Position numbers and translations under genes: made by a program | Shown here: positions 1-12,383 of the stretch, piece after piece | Position numbering within the stretch: the stretch's first letter is position 1 | Layout: each line of letters starts with the position of its first letter | Notes under the pieces: generated by a model | Database searches by the model: none | Told to the model about the DNA's origin: nothing | The model's input: only the letters and a program-made list of their open reading frames with translations | Source: Paraphysomonas bandaiensis | Taxonomy: Eukaryota > Protista > Chrysophyceae | Direction: 5' to 3' | DNA: 64,000 nt | Assembly: GCA_965644295.1 (NCBI GenBank) | Contig: CBFFRP010000052.1 | Coordinates: 21,721-85,720 of the forward strand

Positions 1-340
1 TTCAAGCCCACCATATACACTTTTGTGTGGGATTTTATTGTTTCCTAATCGTCAAACCATGGTGTCATACACAGCATTCCGAGTTTGCAGAGTCCTGATC
101 ACATTCATTTGGTAATATCTATATTAGGTCGAGTATAAATAGTATATAGAACGCAGACCCTACCTGATCTTCAGGAAGCAGTGCTCCTATTAAGTCGAGG
201 TAATACCAAAACCTGGTAAAACGATTTCACCAGGTTTCATATCTAAGTATTGAGTTATTTTTTTACTGTAATTTGTAGCTGAGAGGTTAAAGATAAAGAA
301 AAAGTTGCAATTATAGTTGTTATTAGCAATATTTATTGCG

Positions 341-640
341 TTACAAGTTGGCCCTGCCACGACTTGTGTTTTGTGATATCATGTTCTCATATAGCTGCAT
401 TTGCCTCTCTTGAGATTGCAAACGCTCCATCCGAATAGCCTGGTTTTGGATACAATGCATACGCATAAAGCTATCTTCACCACTACTACTTACAGTAGTA
501 GTATTAGTACCTATGCTCTGAGACGACGCGGCTACAGCCGTTGGGGGCACAGTACTAGTAGGTGGAGGATCATAAGCAGGTGGAGGATTATCATTTTTTC
601 TCATTAAAAGATCACGAAGTTCTGCTAGTCCGGACATCAT
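341..640 (-). other. Short Pro/Ser/Thr-rich ORF, probably a relic of a mobile-element or decayed gene C-terminus
   Basis: 99-aa ORF with low-complexity and coiled-coil-like segments; no recognisable domain; lies among repeat debris. Confidence 0.2.
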
Positions 641-876
641 TTCCTGACGAAGTTCAGCAACAGCGGGGGGTATCAGATCTGCTTTCTGCTGGGATTCGAC
701 GACCCCGTCACCATCTTCATGTACAGTACTACTGTCCCTGCTCGTGCGCTTTCGCGGTACTATTGACTCTTGGGATCTATTGTTGAACCTAGTAAATTTG
801 GTGTTATTTCCTATTCACATCAATATTGGTGTAAAGGCATAGTCAAGTGTTTGAAAACTATAGACATTAAATAGTT

Positions 877-1386
877 CCCTCAACAAAGTCGGACTCGCAC
901 CTTTTCGTGGTGTCCTGGGGGATAAGTACCGGAGAGATTCTCTCTGGGAAACTAACGTGAGCCGCAAACATAGTCAGCAGATATTCTTCTGCCCACGCAT
1001 ATAGCCGAATGCTTGTGTGGAACAAGGGACACCAATAAGTGTCACTTTTGTAGACGTCTTTGGGCCCTGACGAAGAAACAGGCTTCCGGGAATGGGCCCA
1101 CCTCAAGGGCATCCGGGACAGGGCCCACCAGAAGGGTAACTGGGGTATTGGCCTGCCTGCTGAAGTCAAGCATCCGGGATTTTCACCTTAAGAACTCAGA
1201 GCGGAAGTGGCCGCACCTTGGTGCTTGCGGCGGGGGGACGCACAAGCAGCTTCCGTAGCGTTAAATAGTAGAATAAAAATGTGTGTACTGATTAGTTACA
1301 AGCAGAGGTCTAACTAGTTTGTCTAGCATTCATCTAGCTACTAAGTTGGTGCAGGTTTTCAACGCCTATTACTAATAATAAGACTT
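877..1386 (+). mobile_element. SINE-like non-autonomous retroposon, copy 1
   Basis: Starts CCCTCAACAAAGTCGGACTCGCACC and ends ...CAACGCCTATTACTAATAATAAGAC; colinear with copies at 11052-11532(-) and 49517-49984(+); no clear TSD for this copy. Confidence 0.85.
878..964 (+). ncRNA. Candidate HDV-like ribozyme fold at the element 5' end
   Basis: P2 CGG(A)CTCGC/GTGAGCCG; P3 ACC/GGT with 7-nt L3 TTTTCGT; GG after P1'; P4 hairpin 929-947; J4/2 CTAAC; P1 is imperfect. Confidence 0.5.
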
Positions 1387-1680
1387 TTATCTTATCATTA
1401 GCATTATCATGAAGAGCCATACGATATCATTTATCTTCATTTGTTACTTTGATGTCATATGATGACATCGGACCTTGATTCAAACAATGATTACTGAACA
1501 CAGGCATTCGGAACATTTTTAGGTGTTGTCGAAGCACCTCATCATGTCTCAGAAGTCAAATAAGCAAAAAAAATATTTGATCCTACTAAACGTCATGTAA
1601 ATACAAAATTGTATATGGCAGATACAATTGTAAAAATTATAAATGATCGAGTTAAAACAGACAATGTATAAACCGTAGTT

Positions 1681-1887
1681 GAAATATCTTTAGTTCAGAT
1701 TATAGCTAAAATGTATTCTATTAAGGAAGCATGTAGATTCATTAACGATGCTCAAAAATTAGCTGATTGGTTTATGATGCGGCATGGTCTTTCAATTGGA
1801 TATAATGATTTCAATGCTAATCGTTCAGAAGTTATTAAAATGTTAAAACAAGATCTTAATAAGATGAAACTTGAATTTAAGTATTGA
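1681..1887 (+). pseudogene. Fragment of a DNA-directed RNA polymerase largest subunit (Rpb1 domain 3), possibly of NCLDV origin
   Basis: Manual translation EISLVQIIAKMYSIKEACRFINDAQKLADWFMMRHGLSIGYNDF resembles the Rpb1 motif SLVH(x)n..F...Q......GFSIG..D; AT-rich, isolated and truncated. Confidence 0.6.
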
Positions 1888-3518
1888 ACCTGGTTACCCG
1901 TTACCTTTAAGTGAACTTAAACTCTATTATAGGATAAGATTATTCATTGTAGACTATTTAATAGTGACCTTTCAGGTTGGATTGTATCTAATGTTACTGA
2001 TACGAGATAGTCTCAGCCAGACTCACAGCGTTTCAACAACACCTAAAATGCGTTTCAAGATCATACTCCACAACCACTTTTGAAACCAATAACTAGTTCC
2101 AAAACCGGTGGTAAATCAATTGATTCCTTTAACAGAGCGAGATATTTCAAATTGGGATATTTCAAGTGTATGTTTTGACCAAAATTTTTGATCTTAAAAT
2201 GCACATTTTAAGTTTTTTAATCCTTAACATTGAAATAAAAACTAAAATAAGAAGGTAAGTAATAGTAAAGTTTAATTTAACTTTACATTCAAAATAAAAG
2301 TTAACTTTTAGTTTACAACGACTAGGTATTTACCGAGTCAAAATAAAAAATCACTCAAGCATGGGATTCTACTCTAGCCCTCAATAAAAGAATGTAGATA
2401 TAGCAATACATCACATTTCATCTTCGCAAATGAGAACAGGAGCGTTTCTCCTTACCAAGTCTGATGTAGTTCCACAACCTCCTTCATTTCATGGATATTA
2501 AACCCCACAACCTTTAAATATGCAAGCATATCATCAGGTGCATCAGAGAACCGAAACTGCCATCGAAGATATTTTTATTCTTAGGCACCACCCTGGAATC
2601 CACGCACATACCATTCAGGTACTGGGGGTGGGAAACGCACGTGTTATTCCAGTCCCATGACATCAATAGATTCATCGTTCTTAGTTACATACAAACTAAT
2701 ATGTCATAGTTATCCTGTCATCCAAATTAGAAGACTGGTATAAAGGAATCCATCTCCGCAACGGCGTTATCTTGGCATGTGCTCACTTCAATAAAGTCAC
2801 TGAAAGAGTATTTTGTCCACCTATGGAGTAAGGTACAAGTTAGGTCTTCAAAACTCACTTTCATCGGTTTGTCTTTGAGCCAATACCGTATCCTCACTCT
2901 GTTACACACTTCGCTTTGAAAGTATGGATGAGTCTAGTGATGAAGGAAACGTTGCATGAAAGGGAGTGAAACGACATCACGCCAGATCTGCATCACTGTT
3001 CAAGCTGTCTTCGATTGCAAGTGACTGTGGTATGGTATCAAAAGATAACCGCACACAAACGTACGTCAACAAGTATACATGCACAGCATGTACTGTCTGC
3101 AATGTTGCTGTGGTTACTCCTGCTCAATCTTTCATTGAGAACCAATGAAAACTAGTTTCTACTTCATCACGAAGCACTGCATGTCTGAAACACTATATCG
3201 GCTGCGTGCGATCATACACCATAAGAGGGCTGCACATGCATCTTATGTAGGTAAGATATGAGTGAGCTCCACACCGCTGTGTGCTCTGTGTCGTGTCCGA
3301 TATCCACCTACTCACTGCAAATATCATCAATTTTATTGTCAAAAAATACCGCATTTATGGCTCTGTAACGACAAAACCCTCAAGATTTAGCAAGAAGGAG
3401 TTCCCAATTTCTCTCATAGCTGAAGGGTCGTCCAGTTGCAGCTGAGTATCAACACGTCTGTGCGTGCGTCTACCTCTCCTGCTCTGGCAGATAGATAGCT
3501 AAACAGATTGATAGACAG

Positions 3519-6500
3519 ACGCATGGGTCTTATCGTGTGTGTGTTGATATAGCAGTATATATCAGCTCTGTGTCTGTGTTGGTTATGGCCGGAGATGACT
3601 TCTCCGATATTCTTGATGTGATCAGGAGGATAGTTCTGTTTGTTCTCAACAGGACGACTGATGTGATATGTGCGTCTCTCTTTATCTTCAGCTGTGCAGC
3701 TGTTTGGAGATGGGGTGAAATCATTGAGCACTTTGACTGGTCTACATGGAAATCATGTGCTCTTGAATCTGCAGCTTTAACGCTGCTGGATATATTCGTC
3801 GCTCCCTTCTTCATCCTCTCTTTGGTGTCTCCCTTACAGTGGAGAAATATTAAGAATGCTTTCGTCGAGTACCGTTCGGAGTAAGTGTATTTTCATTGTT
3901 TATAATTATTAACAGTATGTAGGAACGATATATCTAGTTGTTTTGAACTGCGACTTGATCTTGCGTCTATATGCTTTGATTCCATACTAGACGTCGTTTC
4001 AATTAGTCTTCTAATTATTAGTGGTGTGGCTATATGGCGATGGACTGAAATTACTGCCTATCAGGGTGAGATATCATCACAAAATAGTGAATGGCGTAAG
4101 AATGCCCTCTCTTCTTTATGCCTCACTCTTACTGACTTTGTGTTGGCTCCTTTTCTCTTGATGACGCTTTTGTCTCCTTTTCAATGGATTGCACTTATGA
4201 AAAAGTACAACGAGAATCGTAATGATTATGAGTGAGTAGTGCCATCTGTATTCTATGTTGTATTCTTCACGCATCGACCATCATTCCTTCATTAACACTT
4301 TGCATGTCGCAGTGATGCATTCGATCTACGCAATGACCTGTGCGCATGTTTTTGCTATGCTATCTACGACTTCTGCGCTTTTGTTGCACTTATTATTCAA
4401 CATGTGTTTCCTACGCGTGTTTGCTTTGTTTATGGAAACATCATTCATTTCCTCTCAACTGATAACGACAATTCCTTGAGAGTGGATACTATTATAATTA
4501 AGTCTTGTGGAAGTACATGTATTGATTTCGTTTACTTGGTTCCGGGGATAGTAGCGACTGTGCTATGTCCGTCACTATGGCACAGTACTATTCAAGGTGC
4601 ATGTTGCATACTAACTCCTCTACCATCTTCGAAATATGACTGGCGCGATTCCTTTCACAGACTGCGCCAACTTGTCGTTTCCCGAGTTTTATTTTTGTTT
4701 TTAGACCTGGCTGCTATTGTGATGGGCCTTATTGCGGTTATATCCCCCCTACGATCTGTATACTTCCGACGATGCATATGCGAGGATGGATTCACCGTGT
4801 TTGGATACCGTGGGTGCGCAGATACGAAGGAAATGAAAACTGCCCGTCCTTTCAAGACTGATGAACTTTCAGAACATCAGCAGGCATATGTCGACAGTTA
4901 TTACAGCGTCTACAACTACAATGTCGCGCTGCGGGCAGATTGCTATAACTTCGGCGCCCTTGCAGTTATTGACATACTCATGTACCCCCTCTTGATCCCT
5001 CTGATTTTGACATGGTACCGATTTGCACCTATCAAAGACAAGTTGTTTTGCCCTGCGCCACCATCAAGGCATGTTCATGATGAATCCTTTTGTGATTCTG
5101 ATAGCACCAAGACAAGTTTGAAAATGATAGACCCGTGTAATATGGCTATTTCGTTAGATGGCGTTCCGTCAACGGAGACAACAACTGGCGACTCTACGGT
5201 GCACGTCACTCACGACGTATCGCCGACCCAGATGATGGAGGAAAGTGGAGATCTAAGGAATAAATCATACTCTACTTCACCAGGTGAAAGTAAACTTTAT
5301 CCTGCAGAGTATCTCAGTAAGGGGTGGGGATACGACGAGATCTATGCCATATTGCGACAGTTTGTTTTTTTGCTTATTGATATTCTGTGCCTTCCTTGGG
5401 GCATTCTGCTGATGCTGACATTTGTCAGATGGCCACCTGTAAGAGAGGCCATGCGCAACGATGACTTATGTTCGCAGCTGTCTTTCGTTGTGTACTCAAA
5501 AATTGCCGAAGGGATCGGTCTACTACTGCTAGATATTTTATGCTTACCGTTTACTGTTGTGGTGATAGTCACACGATACCGATCAGATCATATACTGAAA
5601 ATATGGGACCAGAGAGGAACGCCGAGTATGAATGTTTTTTTTCACTGCTCGGTACTAACAAACTTCTGTGTAATTTTGCATGATATTGTGTTTCTGCCAA
5701 TTTTGAGCATCTTCGTGCTAGTGTCTGGTACTCGATCACACACCGTTTTTTATATACTTCAGCAATTACGTACACCACCAAGTGGTGCCAATGGGGCCGA
5801 GGAGCATTTAGATTCAGAAGATTATATAACAAGACTGCGGACTTATATTCGCATGAACTGGAGGAAAGAAATGTGGTTGGCTTTTCTGAATGCTCTTATC
5901 GACATACCTTTTGTGGCTATCTCTATATTCATACTCTGCACGGTATGGAGGAGTAAAACACTAGTGCATGAAGTTATGAAAGAGCATGATCGCAATTGCT
6001 ACAATAAATACAATAGGATACGTATAGCTGTGTTGTACCAGTTATTGTATTTGTTTCGTGATGCCTTATTTGTAATCCCGTTCACAATTGTCGTGGCTAC
6101 GTTCTATCGCCTTCCGGCGCTGATATCAGGGATATTATCTACCTGCCACTCGTTCTCACGTGATGACCCTGTTTTCTTTACAACAAATGTAGAATTCACT
6201 TGTCAAGAACGGGGTGGGGTGTTCATCCGAATTACATGTCGTAGAAATCTTTCGAATTGTGATGATATTGAGCGCACAGAAGACGAGGATGTCACCTTAT
6301 ATGAATCCAACTCTACAGCGAAGCTCTTTATCGATGGAAGTTCGTTTTGGGAATGTGCCGCAGATACTTTTGGAAGAAACACTGCTAATATCGGCCGAGG
6401 CTTCCTGCCTTTGAAATTTGTAAATGGCAAATCCATTAACCTGCCGGAAAAGAAAGTGGCTTTATCAGGTGTGTTCAATTCATCGCGACAAATGACTTTT

Positions 6501-9500
6501 CAGTGTGGTTCTTGCAAGTTTGTGTATATATTCTGACATACGGCTTAAGCACCATTCTACATAAACTCACTGGCTGTGCTGTACAGGGGAGGTCGGTTTG
6601 CAGGACAATGAACTATGTGGCGGGTTGAAAGGCACAGAAAGTTCTGAAGAGTTTGAAATGTGGCTCCAGCTTGACTTTGGGACGACAAAGCGTTCTACTA
6701 TCGAGAAAAAGCTTCGTCTGCTCCAACAGGTGGTACACATGGTTTACTTAATGTGTTTTCAGTTTGTTATACATGTTGAATTTTGAGTGTGGCCATTGAT
6801 ATACCTCTTATGGATCGTTTTTATTTTCTATATTGCCCATAAGTATATATTACACCTCCACTTGTAGTTGCGATATTTTGTGTTACCGATGTGTGCAGTC
6901 TACCCAGCTGCTAATTCAAATAGAGGCTTCCCCTTCTCCCACTGCAAGGAATCAGTCTTCTGTTGTCCTTACTCTGATTCCTTCAGTGAGCGACCTACTT
7001 CAGGTTTTTTCTGCAGGTGGACCGCACTTACTTGCAGCCCGTGCCTATGACAGTGATGCATCTTTGAGACGATCTATTGTATCAGACATAGAGTTGCATA
7101 CAACTACCGGAGGTGTTGTCGATCAGTTTTGGATTCATACTGGATTGGCATTTGTGGAGATCCTACTCGATTTTATTCATCTGCTTCTCTTGTTTTTTAC
7201 TTTTGTTATCCCGTGGAGAGGGATAGAGCTGCTGGTGTGGCTCAATGAATCTCCTCTGCATAGTACCCTCCGAGAGGCAAGATCTTGTTGCAAAATGCTT
7301 GTTGACATATCATCGTGCTTGCATAACTACCATGCGGATGTAATTCCCCTGATGAATTCTCTGGTCAAGAAGTTGGTGGGAGCATCTGAATCGCAAGATT
7401 CCATGCTCGGAGAGCGTCCACGGGAAATTTTTCACTACAAAGAGGGTGTAATTCGTGGGCGTCTACATCGATTGGAGCGGGCTACGCTGCACCCTTATTT
7501 GAATGGATCGAAAACAGTACTTCGGAGACTAGAGAAGAGTGGTGATTCGTTGTCCACACTTCGAGGACATATTGCTTCAATTTTAGACGTTCAAAAATCC
7601 AGGTTAATGTATCGATTTGTCCGCACTACTGCTGCACTCCACTTTGCAAATTCGAATTATTTAATTGATCCAACTGTAGAGGACGACTGCGGTCTGTTAG
7701 ACCAAATACTGATGTATTTTGATGACTGTGCGATTCGATCGGAGCGTGACATTTTTACACGTATCGATAATTATATAAGTACATTAGTGAAAGACGTAAG
7801 GGAACAAACACCATTAATGAAATGGAAGAAAAGATTTTTCGGATTTGTGTTTAAATCGAGTTCAGAATCTCGAAGAATAATTCGACATGTGGCCTACTCA
7901 GCGCTCAAAGATTTGTTTGGCCTTTGTATGGTTCTTTTAATATTACTCACCGTCGTCAGGGCACTTCCACTATTTCTTGACTTATACCGCAACAAGGTAA
8001 GCTTTTAGGCATATATTCGTAAATGGAGATGTACTTTAATTTAAACACGAATTGTTCTATACTCTGTTCAACTCGAATGGTCCATTTGTACATTGGTGTA
8101 AGAACGACGTACATGACTATGTGCAATAGGTTTGGAAGAATCACTATACTAAGCGGAGAATACTATTGAGCCATGTGCGTGGTACCTACGAAGATATTCG
8201 TGCTGGAATTGTATTCGCGCTTCATGTACTCTTCGTGCTCATCCTTGTAGTGGGTGTACCATCGTTTGTTGAGGAGCTTCCTCAACGAATGAGGACACTG
8301 GAAGAGGGTACACAGTGTGCGAAAGAGCACATTCGGCGCACCTTCACTTACTTTGCAGAAGTTTTGACTTTAGTCTTCTCCTGGAAAACTTATCGTGTCG
8401 CCTTGCGTGCGTCGCTGTACTGTGCACTAGTTCCCCCTGCGTGTATTGCAGAAGCAATTCCAAAACAGAATCTGTCAGCTACTCAAAGGTTTTGGATAGG
8501 ATTTGTGTCCTTCACAGGTCTTGTTTTCGGAGCTCTGTATGTATCTCTTGGTGTAACGGATGACCCAGCCGATGAAGCTATCGTGCGGGAATCATTCGTA
8601 TATTTATGCACTGCCCTAGGGATTGTTGTAGCTTTAGCTGCAGTATCGTCATCGTTTAGACAAGAGTACCTTGTGCCAGTTACTGGTGCATCAGGAAGTA
8701 TCTCGCTAGAGTACAGCATGTCTTGGTCGCACGTACTGGCCATTTTATGTGGACCTCTTGAGTGCGTACAACTTGCCTCTGTAGTATTGTATTTTTATTG
8801 GCCAAACGGGGAGTTGAATGACGAAATGATAAGCTTCCCTTCATTTTTTACTTTTGGATATGCAACCGATATTGGAGAGTCTTATGGGTACAATATAGCA
8901 CTTGGATTAGCTTCATGCTGTGTGTTGCTTTGGTGTGTTGTTGTTTCTCTTCCTCTTGTATACCATGAAGATATACACACTCTGTATCATCTGCAGAGCT
9001 CTGAAATATTTGATTTTGTGTATGTTATGATGTCGCGATTAATATATGTGTCTGTGCTTGCAACACTTATGCGCCCACTCAGTTGTGTATCTGACAACAA
9101 CACGCTGGTGATATCAACTGCGAGGCACATCGAATGTGGGCGCCAAGATGGGGTGGCATGGAGTAGTGTTGCATCGCTCGTATTGTTGGTGTACTTTGTA
9201 GTCACATCAACTGTACTGCACAGTGATGCTCCAGAAATGATGGAATCGGATACCAGTGAGTTCAAGGTTAAGGGAGTACGGTTTGCGCCTTTGTATGCCA
9301 TTGTGTTGCGACTGGGCCAACTAGCAATATGTACAGCTTGCTTTGCGTCCGCATCAGTTACTGAAAGGGGTCCTACTCTCGTTGTAGTAATGTGTTTATC
9401 TCTTTCTCTAGTGCTATGGTCTGGGTATTTTTCAGGCAGGGCGTGCAGTCTTCCAGCTGTGCCGTATATTCGCTCGGGGGGATTCCTTGTTTTGTTTTGG

Positions 9501-10277
9501 TGTACACTACTTTGTTACCTACGTGGCCATGCACATTCATACACGTGGGCTACGGATAAGATCCTGTGTATTGGGACAGCGGTGATCCTGTGTTTGGCAG
9601 TGATATGGGGAGTGGTTGCCAGTTACAGAGCAAGGGTGCAGTGGAAGAATGGCATGATTAGGGAAGGGCTCGGCGAAGCCATTGCTTCTTTGGATGCGTG
9701 TGCATCTGAGGCCATGGATGAGAGAGCGGTAGGGGGATCTTACGCCGGGTCAAAGGCACGAGTGACGACTTTTTTGAAGCAAGCCGAGGATTCATGCAGC
9801 GTCAGTCACCTTGCTCGTCTGCTCATTGCTTTCGAAGAGAAAGTACTAGTGGAGAGACAAACCCTTGAGTTCCATATTTCACGCAATGAATGGCGCCAAG
9901 CACTGCTTCGTGATACATTGGGACCTTTTGAGTCCTCCTGCAGAGGACTCATTCGAGGTGCAGATGTGCTGCGGGGAGCCATAAAACCGAAATCTCCTGT
10001 TGGTAGTTTGAATCGCACTGTGGTTGCACTCCTCTTTCGCAACAAACTACCGGAGTTTGTTGCGTGGGAAGTGTTTAGCTATCTGTATGACATAGAACCT
10101 ATCGTTAATATTATTGCTGATGTACTAGATGGCGAGTGTCGTAGGTTCGAAATATACCGAGAGAACTCGCTTTCATATACGGATTGCATGTATAGTCAAG
10201 CTCGAACTCGTATAACTCCTGCAATATATGTGGCAGTGGAAAGTAGGAGGGAGGCTGCGGTAGAAGATAGGCGATAA
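3519..10277 (+). CDS. Large multi-exon, multi-pass membrane protein with a repeated D...P...(T/P)xxR hydrophobic module; function unknown; first exon not resolved
   Basis: Consecutive same-strand ORFs 3537-3884, 4026-4235, 4404-6536, 6598-6786, 6833-8008 and 8166-10277 joined by short GT..AG gaps; many hydrophobic segments. Confidence 0.75.
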
Positions 10278-11051
10278 GAAAACGAAGAAAGGTGTTGCTC
10301 CTGGGGTATGCTCGTCGTTGCTAGCCTGTAGAACTTGATACCGTGTAGATTGTGCCAATTATTTTTTTAGTGGAGCGACACATGTACATTCTGGGTGGCT
10401 TGTTGGGAATTTCCGGCTGGACCGAAAATATATTGCGGTTATGTACGATTTACACGCACTGATTTCAACATGTGATCGTACAATCGCAGGTATTATTCGT
10501 AATAGAAGGTCACACACACCACTTAATTCATAGTCTGTGATGCATGCAACAGTAAAACCTTTATTCACATGTTCTACACTCCCATTTATAATAATTCAAA
10601 ATGTTTTACAATATCCAAGCACATTTCTGTATAATTGTGGATCCATTATACTGAAGAAATTGACTTAAAATGGTAAACACGATAGATGATTAAAAAAACT
10701 GAAATAGAAAAGTGCATGCTTACTAAATTAGTGATTATTTTTACCTTTATAGCTAAAATTCATTTGGTAATAGTGACTATTTATTTCAACTTTGACGTTG
10801 TATTCTCTACTCATAAGAATTAAATTGAATTCGTGAAGGATATATAGAGAGTAGTACACTATATCAGGCTTGCGTAACTATTAATTGGTTTTCAATTGTA
10901 TTGGCTATAATTGCCAATTAAATTAATTGGATTGCCTATAATTGGATGCTTGATCCCCGACAGTAGAACCCAGAGTACGATACTAGTATTATGCATCGTA
11001 CTACACCCCAAATGGGTACATCATAATAAAGCAGCAATTCATACTTAAGGT

Positions 11052-11532
11052 AGGGAATGTCTGATTATTTGCAATAGGCGTTATGTAAGATTCAAAATTA
11101 ATGTAGCAAAACAATTTAACCAACTAATTCTTAACTCTGATATCCTACTATTTTGCGCTACGAAAGCTGCTTGTGCATCACCGCAAGCACCAAGGTGCAA
11201 CCACTTTTCCTCTCTGTCCTTAAGGTGAGCTTGGTCTGATGCTTGACGTCAGTAGGCAGCCCAATATCCCGGATACCGTTGAAGTGGGCCCAGTCCCGGA
11301 TGATGCTTGACTTCAGCATGCAGCACAATACCCCGGGTTCCCTTGAAAGGGCCATTCTCGGATGCCTGTTTATTCGTCAAGGCCCATAGACGTCTACACA
11401 AGTGTTAGTGTCCCTTGTACCACACAGAACAATATCTGCTCACTATATATGCGGCGTTTCTCAAAGAAATATCTCCGATACTTCTCCCAGAACACCACGA
11501 AAAGGTGCGAGTCCAACTTACTTTGTTGAGGG
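11052..11532 (-). mobile_element. SINE-like retroposon, copy 2
   Basis: Reverse-complement match to 877-1386; flanked by CATACTTAAGGT (11040-11051) and CGTATTTAAGGT (11533-11544), a 12-bp TSD with 2 mismatches. Confidence 0.85.
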
Positions 11533-11784
11533 CGTATTTAAGGTTCAGACCACACTTTTAAAGTATAAGGTACACACAAATTGTCGAACAACCGTTGAAG
11601 TACTCAAACTGTCAACGCAAGAGAATATGTAGATTACTCTAAATAAAGGTTACAAGGGTATAAATCCAATAAAGGAATTTAATCTTGTTAAGTAATCAAA
11701 AGAGATTCAGAGGTCAAAGGGGTTCGCCTAAAGGGACACAGGACCGCTACTTGACTTATTTAGTACTCATTACAAGTTACTAAT

Positions 11785-12060
11785 GTAGATTTCTGCTGTA
11801 TGATACCATACGATATGTATTGTGCAATTAAGTGACTTCGTATAGTGTGAAATAGTTTAAACCAGCCAGTAGTTGTAACAGGTAAATATAGATACAAAGG
11901 AAGTAAATTCCGTCATTGATGTATAGCAACATAAAGTATCGGATTGACTGGTGAACAACATAAGACAAACAGGTGTTTATGAGAATAGATGTTCACCAGA
12001 TGTTGCATGAATATTTGGTGAAGTGTTCAGATATTTTCTTGAAAACACGTTTGGTGAAGT
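11785..12060 (+). mobile_element. Degenerate solo-LTR-like repeat (family beginning TGTTGAGTTCTGC)
   Basis: Shares ACAAAGGAAGTAAATTC...GACTGGTGAACA...AGATGTT...CATGAATAT with 19019-19295 and 58075-58430(-). Confidence 0.6.
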
Positions 12061-12383
12061 TTCAGGTTTGCATGTAGAGTGTTGAGTTTTACTTATTTGT
12101 ATGCGATTAAAAGCTATACTCCAAGGCATTCGAATTACGACCATTACTTTAAGAGTACAGTCGTTGAACACTATAGAACATGATGCATTTTATGATCTTC
12201 ATAAGAGCACTAAGTATACAATACTACCCACTGATTAGATCTTTAATGCATTGGCAGCAAGTTAAAGGTAATCCTAATACAAAAACATTCATCGTCACTT
12301 GTTCACAAGTCAAAGTACGGTTGAGTATATTATTAACAGCGCAATATATATTAACATACAGTCACTTCAGGTACTTTGCAGTG

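Noticed and set aside
208-237. AAACCTGGT...ACCAGGTTT hairpin
   Set aside because: Single short inverted repeat with no supporting element ends
1062-1100. Hammerhead-like CTGACGA-A-GAAAC in the SINE-like element
   Set aside because: No stem II, no valid UH cleavage triplet, and the core is TTGACGAATAAAC in the 11.4-kb copy
10865-10959. Second copy of the CAATTAATTG MITE
   Set aside because: Only loose similarity to 58204-58293 and no convincing TSD
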